A stretch of DNA of 64,000 nucleotides from an uncultured virus (IMG/VR IMGVR_UViG_3300035520_000906) (IMGVR_UViG_3300035520_000906); one strand, 5' to 3'; shown: positions 50,545 through 59,524, numbered from the stretch's first letter. Notes: generated from the sequence alone by a model not told the origin. Numbers and translations: made by a program.

Positions 50545-50578
50545 CTTGTATATCTCCCTTAAACTTTGTTTTTAATCT

Positions 50579-51415
50579 TTAAAACTTCAAGTTCATATAT
50601 GCTTCAACTTTATCTGCTGTGTCAATTACTACATTACCGTTACTGTCTTTTTCTAATTTTAATTGTTTTATTTCTTCATCATTCAATGCTTTTGAACATA
50701 GAACACTTGCAAAGTTATAAGAATTTGTTCTGTTTAACTGAAAACTTCCTAAGTTATCTTTTATCATTCCTAATGCTAAAATATCTGTCATTGTTCCATC
50801 ATTTAAACTCTTAATGACACCCATTTCATTCTCATTGAGTGGAACCATTCTAAGTAGATGTAACTTTCCTCTCCTACCTGTTACTTCAATATCAATATCT
50901 TTGTATTCACTATCATAATAATCTGTAATAGCTAAACCACTATACTGATTATTTTCATTATTCTCTGCTTCTCCGTATCTTCCAGCTAAGAGCGTTTCAT
51001 ATCTAGCATTTGTAGCAATAATTCCTATCATACGTAATGCTTCTGAAAGTTCCTTGTTATCTTTTACTTCTTCCAATGTTTCTGATACATGTTTTCCATT
51101 GAATACTTCTTTATCTATTGTCATACCATACTCAAAATGATAGTTTGAATCATTACCATCATCTGTAGTACACCAAATATCCTTTGCACTTGCTCCTAAT
51201 GTAATTGCTACATACTTTTCTAAATCAGATGTTGATGCTAATAATATACTGCTACCAGCCTCTGCTCCATCAATACTATCTGTACTAACTACAAAATATT
51301 CAATGTTTTCTTTATCAGTTCCTAGTATTCTAGGAAGTTCCTTAACGAGTGCTTTCTCTGTATCTCTTTTATTTACCTTAGTTTTCACTGACTGCATTAC
51401 ATATATGATGTTCAT
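50579..51415 (-). CDS. Hypothetical protein
   Basis: 278-aa ORF with AGGAG RBS. Confidence 0.75.
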   Translation of the reverse strand: MNIIYVMQSVKTKVNKRDTEKALVKELPRILGTDKENIEYFVVSTDSIDGAEAGSSILLASTSDLEKYVAITLGASAKDIWCTTDDGNDSNYHFEYGMTIDKEVFNGKHVSETLEEVKDNKELSEALRMIGIIATNARYETLLAGRYGEAENNENNQYSGLAITDYYDSEYKDIDIEVTGRRGKLHLLRMVPLNENEMGVIKSLNDGTMTDILALGMIKDNLGSFQLNRTNSYNFASVLCSKALNDEEIKQLKLEKDSNGNVVIDTADKVEAYMNLKF

Positions 51416-51447
51416 TTGTTATTTTCTCCTGTCTTTCTACTTTATTT

Positions 51448-51774
51448 CTATTTTCTTTTATTATTTTTCCCTTGACTTTTAGCATTTTTACGTGCTGTTT
51501 TTTCAATTTCCTTACGTCTTTTTTCTTCCAGTTGTTTAGGATCTTTATATTTGTCTCCACCTGCCATAAACATGACACCGCATTTTAGCCAAGTCAAACC
51601 AAGTTCTTTCTTCTTAGCTTTTACAGTTGCTACATCAACTCCATACATTGTAGCTATCTGTTTAAATGTGTAAGGTGTATCTTTCCATGTTGCTCCAAAC
51701 CATAATCTGTAAAACTCTACTCTAGTGATTTTGTCAAATTCCTCTGGTGTTTTTGTTTGTGTTACCTTTGCCAT
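51448..51774 (-). CDS. Small basic HTH protein
   Basis: TFKQIATMYGVDVATVKAKKKELGL. Confidence 0.7.
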   Translation of the reverse strand: MAKVTQTKTPEEFDKITRVEFYRLWFGATWKDTPYTFKQIATMYGVDVATVKAKKKELGLTWLKCGVMFMAGGDKYKDPKQLEEKRRKEIEKTARKNAKSQGKNNKRK

Positions 51775-51777
51775 ATC

Positions 51778-52884
51778 TTAATATCCTCCTGACTTTAATT
51801 GCTTTGTAAGTACCTTTCTATCTCTGTGTACTACATCTTCTATATCGTACTCTTCATTAAGTTCCTTTACACTTTTTAATCCTGTATACCACCCATATAC
51901 TCTTGATTCAAACATATCATCACTTGCAACTACATTAGAATCTTCATTCATACCAGTCATTCCAGCAGTGTATTTCTCAAATTTTTGTCTGTATGATTCA
52001 TAGTTTTCTTCTGCTTTATTAAACTGTACACATATGTCTGATGTATACATTCCAATGCTTCTGCAACTCATTACTATATCATTTATTACTGTGTATAATA
52101 GTACAACTCTTGTGCTGTCAATCATATCTGTATGAGCTGTATTACAAATAATATTTGATATCTCAATAAGTTTCATTGGAGTTGCTTCTTCATCATAGTC
52201 TTTAGTATCAATAATATTAAAGAAGAACACTGCTATTAACTTATCATCATTTGCCTTTCTAACTTCATACATAAAGCCCTTATCAATATAATTATTTGAT
52301 GCTTCATTTATATAGCTTGTATCCATATTATAAAATTCATTATAGGCTGTGATAAAGTTCTCTATTTCATCTGTTAATTTCTTAATCTTATTGATTTTTA
52401 TATTAACCTTATAAGTTACAAGTCTCTTTTTATGTGCTATTTTTGTATTCCACAGTGGAACTTCCAATGCCATTGTATTACTGTCAAACATCAATATGTT
52501 TTTATCTGTGAGCCATATGTACTCATTCAAATATTTTCTTGTAATCTCTATTAACTGTTTCTTATATTTATTTTTTAGATATGCTAATGTGCCATATACT
52601 GCTATGATATCATCAGTTTTTTTACTGTTACAATCACTACATAATGGTATAAGATTTTCAATCTTATTGTTTCCACCTTTATTTAAAGGTATAAAATGAT
52701 CAACTGTAAAGTCTTTATCCCCAACTGCTATATGTTTACCACACATAGCACATTTGCAATCAGTTTTCTTTGCTACTGCTTCTTTTATATCTCTAGTCAA
52801 CCATTCTCTCTCGTAGTAATTGCATCTATTAAGTTTTACACTATACTCAGAAGTACTTTCTTCCAATTTCTTTATGTCTCCCAT
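51778..52884 (-). CDS. HNH endonuclease with C-terminal extension
   Basis: CAMCG...TVDHFIPLNKGGNNKIENLIPLCSDCNSKK. Confidence 0.85.
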   Translation of the reverse strand: MGDIKKLEESTSEYSVKLNRCNYYEREWLTRDIKEAVAKKTDCKCAMCGKHIAVGDKDFTVDHFIPLNKGGNNKIENLIPLCSDCNSKKTDDIIAVYGTLAYLKNKYKKQLIEITRKYLNEYIWLTDKNILMFDSNTMALEVPLWNTKIAHKKRLVTYKVNIKINKIKKLTDEIENFITAYNEFYNMDTSYINEASNNYIDKGFMYEVRKANDDKLIAVFFFNIIDTKDYDEEATPMKLIEISNIICNTAHTDMIDSTRVVLLYTVINDIVMSCRSIGMYTSDICVQFNKAEENYESYRQKFEKYTAGMTGMNEDSNVVASDDMFESRVYGWYTGLKSVKELNEEYDIEDVVHRDRKVLTKQLKSGGY

Positions 52885-52983
52885 TGAAGTCCAATGCCCT
52901 CTCTTTCTACCCCTAAATATTAAAATAAGCAACTAACTATACTAAACAGTCAGTTGCTTATGTTGTACCTTAATTTTTAGTTG

Positions 52984-53244
52984 CTATTTTGTTTTATTTT
53001 CTTCGTTGTAATAATCTTCCAGTGCTGACTTAACAAATTCTCTATCTTTTAAGTCTGTCAGTCTTGGTAAATCATAAAACTTAGAATAAGTACACATTCT
53101 ACAGCTACAATGAATCTTTCCTTTAGAATACTGCCCATCATGCTTATACCATTCACATCCATCCCAGTATCTATGCACGATATGCTTTCTGTGAGCTATC
53201 TTCCTATTTCTCACATCTCTTCTGTATGATCTTGTTCTGTACAT
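52984..53244 (-). CDS. Small Arg-rich zinc-binding protein
   Basis: KGKIHCSCRMC; AAGGAG RBS. Confidence 0.7.
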   Translation of the reverse strand: MYRTRSYRRDVRNRKIAHRKHIVHRYWDGCEWYKHDGQYSKGKIHCSCRMCTYSKFYDLPRLTDLKDREFVKSALEDYYNEENKTK

Positions 53245-53397
53245 CTCTTTTTTTCTCCTTGATATTATATTTACTTACCCTGTAAGAATCTATCAAGGAT
53301 ACTGATTATTTTAAACAATCAGTTTAAAACTCTTACAGGTTAAGTATGATTTCACTCATACTTAAGTTATCAGTTTTATTCATACTGTTTTTATCTC

Positions 53398-53823
53398 CTA
53401 CTGCATTTGTGATCTTCTTCTCATATGAGACATTCTTGTTAAATTAACTGTCTCTACATTCTGTGCCATTGTATTCATATTCTGACTTCTTCGCAGTTTT
53501 GACATTCTTGTTAAGTTTATTGTTTGTTCATTATTGTTATGAGTTTCATCCCTACTTGATTTAGAATAATCATCATCTGCTTCAATATTAAGTATTGTCT
53601 GTAATGATTCTCTATCTAAATATAATTCCAATTTTCCACACTGTCTACATACCATAAAGCTAGGCGTTACCTCTTTAAATCCTACACCCTTCATAAATGA
53701 ATCTTTAAATCTAGCTGCAAATAGTGTGAATGTTTTAAAGTATGCCCTCTGTACATCTCCAGTATATACTGCCTTCCAGTTATTTAGCTTTATGAGTTCA
53801 TAACCACAATTACTGCACTTCAT
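53398..53823 (-). CDS. Zinc-ribbon protein
   Basis: CSNCG...VCRQCGKLELY; two NLTRMS repeats. Confidence 0.7.
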   Translation of the reverse strand: MKCSNCGYELIKLNNWKAVYTGDVQRAYFKTFTLFAARFKDSFMKGVGFKEVTPSFMVCRQCGKLELYLDRESLQTILNIEADDDYSKSSRDETHNNNEQTINLTRMSKLRRSQNMNTMAQNVETVNLTRMSHMRRRSQMQ

Positions 53824-54183
53824 ACTTTTTCTTTTCCTTTCACTTTATAAGTCTTTTTACTCAATATTATGATAGAGCACCTTAATAATAAAGTGCTCTA
53901 CCACAAGTTTAAGGGGTTATTGAGAAAATCAATGCCAATGACTTGCAAGGTTGCCTGCCATTGAATGAACAAACTCCAAAATTTAATTAAATAAATTTAT
54001 CTCTTATTATCAATATGTAGTATAATAGGGTATCACTTAATGCAAAAAGAGCACCAATTAGTAAACTAATTGATACCCTTAATGCTGGAGTTTTTCTGAT
54101 AAGTACTTATGGCTATACCTATCAGCTGTGTCATTATGACCCATCAAAAAAATATAATAATGATAAGGAGGTAGTTTAACCAC

Positions 54184-54283
54184 AACAGTGTATAGATAAG
54201 TGCATCCACTTATCGTTCCGGCTAGTGTCTTTAAACAACCACACCGCCAATCGACTGACATTCCGCCGTCTAAATCAACTGTT
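54184..54283 (-). ncRNA. Candidate multi-branch structured RNA
   Basis: AACAGT/ACTGTT closing stem, CGGC/GCCG, GATAAGTG-GATG-CACTTATC hairpin. Confidence 0.45.
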
Positions 54284-54303
54284 TCCCACTATCAAGTTAA
54301 TAG

Positions 54304-54372
54304 AGCAGGCAGCCTGCTTTGAACAGGGCTTCCAATCTGGACGATTGATGTGCCATCCTACACTACTGCCGC
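54304..54372 (-). pseudogene. Degenerate tRNA-Gly(UCC)
   Basis: Cloverleaf GCGGCAG...TCAAT-CG TCC AG-ATTGG...CCTG TTCAAAG CAGG; bulged acceptor stem, G at position 33. Confidence 0.55.
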
Positions 54373-54414
54373 ATATCTTACTTATTAATAAAAAATTATA
54401 CTATTTTTTCTATA

Positions 54415-55343
54415 TTATCTTAAATTGTATGATTTTATCCAACAATGAATCGTTGAATCAGTTCTCCCATACATGCTGGCAATTTGTTTCTTTTGTATAC
54501 CAGCATCTAAGAGTTGTTTTAACTCTTCTTTAGATGGTTTTGGTGACTTTCCCTTTGCTGCTACATTTGAACATGCATTACACATTCCAGTCTTTGATTG
54601 TGATGTTATTGGTTTACCACATATTCTGCATGTTATTTTCTTATTACTTGCTTTAGCTACTTTACATTCTTTCATGTTATCATATTCATTTTTCCAGTCA
54701 TTAAATTGTTTATAATACTTATCTATGTCTTCACAATACAAAAAATGCATACTTAAATATTTATTTTTATACTTACATGCCTTACTTATTGCTTCTACCA
54801 CTGTCCATTTATTTAATGCTTGTGGTATATTTTCACTTATTAAGTACTCGGCACATTGTGAATAATTAACAAAAATTTTATTTAATTCTACACATATTAT
54901 CTGTCTACTTTGTGTTCTTATTTTAACCTTATTAGCTGATAATAATGTCAAAATTGTAATATCTGAACAATTATATTTTCTTGCTATATATATAACGAAC
55001 TATATCCAGATTTATATAATTGTATAATATCATCTATATCATCTTCTAATTTAGAATATGGTGCATTTCCACCAGGTGTTGAATTATACCCATTCTTATA
55101 TGAGTTAAAATATGAAATCCAATAAATTTCTCTTTCATTCAGTAGCTTACTATCACATTCCTCTATTAATTCAATATAAAAGTTATCAGACCCATACTTT
55201 TTTATTGCTCTATATAATTTAAGATGTTCACCTCTAGTATTTGCTATGTGTTCCTCAAATCTTTTACTTATAGGTCTTATTGTTTGCCCTATGTAAACTC
55301 TGCTATTAATCTTATTTCTAATTGCATAAATATATCCTATCAT
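54415..55343 (-). pseudogene. GIY-YIG homing endonuclease split by an extra TA in a (TA)5 run
   Basis: GYIY...YIGQT...REIYWI...GYN; removing TA near 54985 fuses both ORFs through HTH SSLYIARKYNCSDITILTLL. Confidence 0.8.
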
Positions 55344-55391
55344 ACTATGTACTCTCTTGTGTATGTGTCAAAATGCTTAATGATATTATAA

Positions 55392-55476
55392 TGCCGGTAA
55401 CAGGACTTGAACCTGCACCAGTATTTAGCTGAATAGGACCTAAACCTATCGCGTCTGCCAATTCCGCCATACCGGC
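55392..55476 (-). tRNA. tRNA-Leu(UAG)
   Basis: GCCGGTA acceptor, ATAGG-TT TAG GT-CCTAT, long variable arm, GTTCAAGTC; no encoded CCA. Confidence 0.95.
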
Positions 55477-55571
55477 ATGTATCTTTTGTTTTAATAAAGG
55501 GAGGTGACGAGCCTCCCCGACCTACGCAAATGTTGTCATCATTCTGCGTGGAACTATGTTTTAGTTCCAAA

Positions 55572-55683
55572 GCACTTTTAGCAAGAGTTGCACTTGCATT
55601 TTGTAATGATTACTACTTTCTTTCATAATTTAGAAAATAGCTCGCGCTACAAAACTGATACTAACTGCTCATCATAAAAGCAC
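55572..55683 (-). ncRNA. tRNA-like RNA with extended anticodon arm
   Basis: Acceptor-like GTGCTTTTA/TAAAAGTGC, D-like hairpin, T-arm GCAAG-TGCAACT-CTTGC. Confidence 0.55.
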
Positions 55684-55958
55684 ACGGTATATAGACCTTT
55701 GCAACTATATACCATTTTGAGGTGATTTCTGTTTCTGTGTCATGTAGATTTTCACTTACTCTTGAAGCTACTTTTTCAACTATAAGTATATATCGTTTCA
55801 ACTTATAGTCTATACATTACGTTACTGTGTCCAGGTCTGCCTCGTGCGTTGGCACGCTTTTACATTCATTTAATCCCTTATGTACTAGCCTATCATAATA
55901 TATTATGGAACCTTATATAAGGCTGAATGACAGGTTTTAAATTGTAATCCTATTAAAA

Positions 55959-56540
55959 TTAAATGTTTCCTCTAGGGAAATTCATTCTTACATATGATAT
56001 TGCATCACTACTCAATAAGTCAAATGCATTGTCCCCATACAAAAATTGAAGCTCATTTGCAATCATTAATTGTGTGATTAGTCCCTTGTTATCGTCTGCT
56101 AAACCAGATAAATCTTTGAAATCTTTTTCTCTATATGATACTAATTTCATACATATAGCATCTAAATCACATATTTTATATACGTTTAAGCAACTGTATG
56201 ATTTTACTGGAATTGCATTTGCCTTTAACCTAACACTAAATGATTTTGTTTTAGTTGCATCTGTATTTAACCAGTCACTTGTGATTGAATACATATGTTT
56301 TACTTTGTTTATACATGACTTTATATCAATGGATGGCTCAATATAACTATCAATATCTTCTGTCATTGTTCTAAATGTATGCCCTAATATCAATGATGAT
56401 CCACCAACTAATAACATATCAATCTTAATGTACCCATATTTTTCAAATATGCAATTATTAAGTGCTTCCAAATATATGTTCATGTTATATTTACTTATAT
56501 ATGGATATTCAGCTTCGTGTGGCATGTATTCCTCCAACAA
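55959..56540 (-). CDS. DUF6036 / AbiEii-like nucleotidyltransferase
   Basis: LLVGGSSL...RTMTEDIDS...MKLVSYREKDFKD. Confidence 0.8.
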   Translation of the reverse strand: MLEEYMPHEAEYPYISKYNMNIYLEALNNCIFEKYGYIKIDMLLVGGSSLILGHTFRTMTEDIDSYIEPSIDIKSCINKVKHMYSITSDWLNTDATKTKSFSVRLKANAIPVKSYSCLNVYKICDLDAICMKLVSYREKDFKDLSGLADDNKGLITQLMIANELQFLYGDNAFDLLSSDAISYVRMNFPRGNI

Positions 56541-57000
56541 CTGTATCTATCTCTGACACGATTAAATTGTATTTATAGAATATATCTATTCTATTTTTAT
56601 AACTATCTAGTATCTTATTATATGCCCCAAAGTTACTAAACATAACAGGAGTCTCACCAAATAATAGTTTATCTAATTTCTTACCATTGTATAAACTAAC
56701 TATCTCTGGTAATTCGAGATTTTCGCTATTACAAATATATTCAATGTATGCTATTGCATATAGTTGCTCCCACTCTCTCCACAATGATATTCTTTCTTTC
56801 GAAAGATATTCATATATTAACTTTTCACTACCCCAAGATTTTCTGTAATGCTCTAATGCACTTATAAAGGAATAGTAATTTGTATAATCATATTCTTTGT
56901 AATAATCTAAATGCAGTGATTCAAATTCCTCTTTGCATTTTAATTGGTACTCATTGTATTGTTTTTCTTCTTCTGGAGTAATATCAAACATATTTTTCAT
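56509..57000 (-). CDS. Partner (putative antitoxin) of the DUF6036 gene
   Basis: Overlaps the downstream gene; LYAIAYIEYIC...LPEI...Y..KKL. Confidence 0.6.
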   Translation of the reverse strand: MKNMFDITPEEEKQYNEYQLKCKEEFESLHLDYYKEYDYTNYYSFISALEHYRKSWGSEKLIYEYLSKERISLWREWEQLYAIAYIEYICNSENLELPEIVSLYNGKKLDKLLFGETPVMFSNFGAYNKILDSYKNRIDIFYKYNLIVSEIDTVVGGIHATRS

Positions 57001-57020
57001 GCTATTTTCTCCTATTAAAG

Positions 57021-57127
57021 TGACATATACCTCTAGTTCTAGTGAACTAATCGACTAGAACGATCTGAAACTGAAACCCATAAGAGAAAGAGAGGGTCGT
57101 TCACGTCAAACTAGATAATATATGTCA
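57021..57127 (-). ncRNA. Long interrupted hairpin with pyrimidine-rich loop
   Basis: TGACATATA/TATATGTCA, TCTAGTT/AACTAGA, GAACGA/TCGTTC nested stems. Confidence 0.5.
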
Positions 57128-57159
57128 GTACTAAACCTCTAGTAAGTTTAATACTTAAT

Positions 57160-57469
57160 TCATTTCAATAACCTACACATGCACCCTATCGTCTGCACCC
57201 TGCCTCTATCACTTCTATACAGAAGTGACCTATCCAACATCCTTGGTTATTGAACATTGTCATCGCCACCAGTGATGACTTACAGTAGTCATTTGCCACC
57301 TTGAGAAGTTCGTTACCGACTCGTATGGGAACTTAGGTTCTACTTCTCTCAACTACTCCATAGTCGTATCGTTGTCGACCAACGTCAACCCTTAATCATT
57401 CCCGCTCATGCGGGCTCATCCCTGAGGAACATCATATAAAATATGTGCTATTCCGTTGAGCATCCTCAG
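57160..57469 (-). ncRNA. Unrecognised ~310-nt structured RNA, copy B
   Basis: Paralog of 57531..57835 with identical 23- and 33-nt blocks and compensatory stem changes. Confidence 0.8.
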
Positions 57470-57530
57470 TAGATTAGCAGACTTTTACTGCATTGATCAC
57501 TTAAGCATACAGTTTAATTATATGCTTAAG

Positions 57531-57835
57531 TCATTACATAGCCTACTGCTAGATAAATCTAGTCCACAACCTCTCCACAACCTTAGCTATGTACATTGCC
57601 ACCGCCACAGTGATGACTTATGATAGTAATTTAACAACCTTGAGAAGTTTGTTACCAACTCATACTCCCTAGGCCTAATAAACTTTCGTTTAAACTCCTG
57701 TTTGTATGGGAACTTAGGTTCTACTTCTCTCAACTATCCCTTAGCTGTATCGCTTTCAGCCGACGTCAACCATTAACTGTTTAATGAGGAACACATATAA
57801 AACGAGTCATAAGTGCTATTCCGTTGAGCATCCTC
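57531..57835 (-). ncRNA. Unrecognised ~305-nt structured RNA, copy A
   Basis: Starts 3 nt after tRNA-Leu; covaries with copy B. Confidence 0.8.
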
Positions 57836-57838
57836 TAA

Positions 57839-57918
57839 TGCGGATAGAGGGACTCGAACCCTCAAGCCGAAGCGTGGCAGCTTAAATGCCATGTGTTTGC
57901 CAATTTCACCATATCCGC
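57839..57918 (-). tRNA. tRNA-Leu(UAA)
   Basis: GCGGATA acceptor, TGGCA-TT TAA GC-TGCCA, GTTCGAGTC. Confidence 0.95.
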
Positions 57919-58746
57919 TTATTTTATACTTTCTATAAATTTATTGTATTTTCTCTGCATAACTCCGTATTGTTTATTCTTTGTTATATAGAGCTGTCTA
58001 AATTTTGTAAAGGATTCTTTACTGTGTATATAGATAATCCTAATACTGTCTCTACTGCTTACACTGTATTCTATACCAATACCTCTTAGTATTTCTTGTA
58101 TACCTTCTGCATTTGAATAATTAGATGCTATTGTTATAGCATTAGGAGATACTGACACAGAACCATCCCCATCAAAGAACCCAATCATAAAATCTATTCT
58201 ATACTCGTAAGGTATATAATTTATAAATGGTATGTCCTTGTACTTTTTACCCTGTACTATCCCAAATTTTGCAAGGTCATTTACTATTTCATCTGAAATT
58301 ATCTTAATGTTTACTGCATCAAATTCATGTTTAATTCCATTGCTATCAGTATAACTAGCTGTGTGGTCATGAACTTCATAGTCAGACTCAGTAAATTCTA
58401 GAAATCTTTGTAATGTCTCTCTATCTCTTGCATTTAATACAAATCTTAATGAGTTATCTACAACACTTCCATCAGATGCTATAAATCCTAACCAATATGC
58501 TGTATCTGCATTAATTGTTTTGAATATATTGTCATTTACCTTATGCTTTCTGAAATCTTTTTCAGGACATTTTTCTTTTCCAGTGTATCCCTTTAATCCT
58601 TGATTTGTCTTAAATACACCAATCCTAATAGCATGTTCTCTATATGTTTTGTAGTTTATTCCAAGCATTCTTGCTGCTTCAGCAGCTGATCTAGAGTTCT
58701 CTGCCGCATATGCAATTTGTGCATCTGTTACATCTATTGTATTCAT
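57919..58746 (-). CDS. Double-motif LAGLIDADG homing endonuclease with N-terminal HTH
   Basis: AYWLGFIASDGSV and DFMIGFFDGDGSV; stop codon abuts the tRNA. Confidence 0.9.
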   Translation of the reverse strand: MNTIDVTDAQIAYAAENSRSAAEAARMLGINYKTYREHAIRIGVFKTNQGLKGYTGKEKCPEKDFRKHKVNDNIFKTINADTAYWLGFIASDGSVVDNSLRFVLNARDRETLQRFLEFTESDYEVHDHTASYTDSNGIKHEFDAVNIKIISDEIVNDLAKFGIVQGKKYKDIPFINYIPYEYRIDFMIGFFDGDGSVSVSPNAITIASNYSNAEGIQEILRGIGIEYSVSSRDSIRIIYIHSKESFTKFRQLYITKNKQYGVMQRKYNKFIESIK

Positions 58747-58769
58747 TTCATTACACCCGCTTTATAAAA

Positions 58770-59305
58770 GTGGCTTAAGGTCACCACAACCGCACATCTG
58801 TTGATTACTGGAACATTTGCTCTTTCCAATAGTTGTCTTTCCAACTGTCCACCAGTTTAACCTAGCTAATGCCACGTAGTATAGACTTCAGCTTAAGAAC
58901 TCAACCTTCCTAAGTCATACCCGATTTATGTCGGGATATCCACCCACTCTATCTAACTGGCAAGTAATCCACTATGGTGCTTCCAACCAGTTTGTAGAAC
59001 TCAACCACATTTGTCTACTTGTGCTACCCCAATATACTTCACAGTAGCTTTCCACATTCAATTTTGCAGGTCATTCCAACCCACTGGACAGACTCAACCA
59101 TCAACATACTGTCTTGTATCGCCCCATTGACTTGCCCATAGCGACTTTCCAACCACATGCATTCTCGGGAACTTCCCGAAGGTCCATGCAAACCTTTCAA
59201 ATTGCCGTCGACAAGCAATACGAGGTAGGTCATTCACACTAGCTTAACTACACCTGAGCTGCTCGATAACATGCCGCCTTGTTAAGTTCCCTCTAACAGT
59301 GCTCT
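58770..59305 (-). ncRNA. Large ornate ncRNA (~540 nt), ROOL/GOLLD-like in size and context
   Basis: GC-richer non-coding block after tRNA-fMet with more than 10 hairpins and repeated GGTTGAGT and GGTTGGAA motifs. Confidence 0.7.
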
Positions 59306-59310
59306 TTGAG

Positions 59311-59384
59311 TTGCGGGGATAGGACTTGAACCTACATACTCTTGGTTATGAGCCAAGTGAGCTTCCATTGCTCGTCACCCCGCG
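59311..59384 (-). tRNA. tRNA-fMet(CAU), initiator-like
   Basis: CGCGGGG with C1:A72 mismatch; CTTGG-CT CAT AA-CCAAG. Confidence 0.9.
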
Positions 59385-59394
59385 ATAATATAAA

Positions 59395-59524
59395 TTTGTG
59401 ACCTTCCACAATCACAATGCTGAGAAAATCTGTAAATCCACAGTTGTATACAACTGCCTCAGCCCTACACATTAGTGCCTCAGAAGGTTTCCGCTTTTAT
59501 GTGCCACCTACAAGTAATCACAAA
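59395..59524 (-). ncRNA. Candidate 130-nt structured RNA
   Basis: TTTGTGA/TCACAAA, GCACAT/ATGTGT, GCTGAG/CTCAGC, CAGTTG-TATA-CAACTG. Confidence 0.55.

Noticed and set aside
55826..55860. HDV-like theta ribozyme (GCCTCGTGC)
   Set aside because: It is on the antisense strand, not at a tRNA 3' end, and the nested pseudoknot could not be built.
57160..57835. Duplicated region as a DGR template/variable repeat pair
   Set aside because: Differences are compensatory and not adenine-specific, neither copy is in a CDS, and the RT lacks the DGR motif.
57839..59305. Group I intron carrying the LAGLIDADG gene
   Set aside because: The flanking tRNAs are intact, the ORF stop abuts a tRNA, and no P7-type core was recognised.
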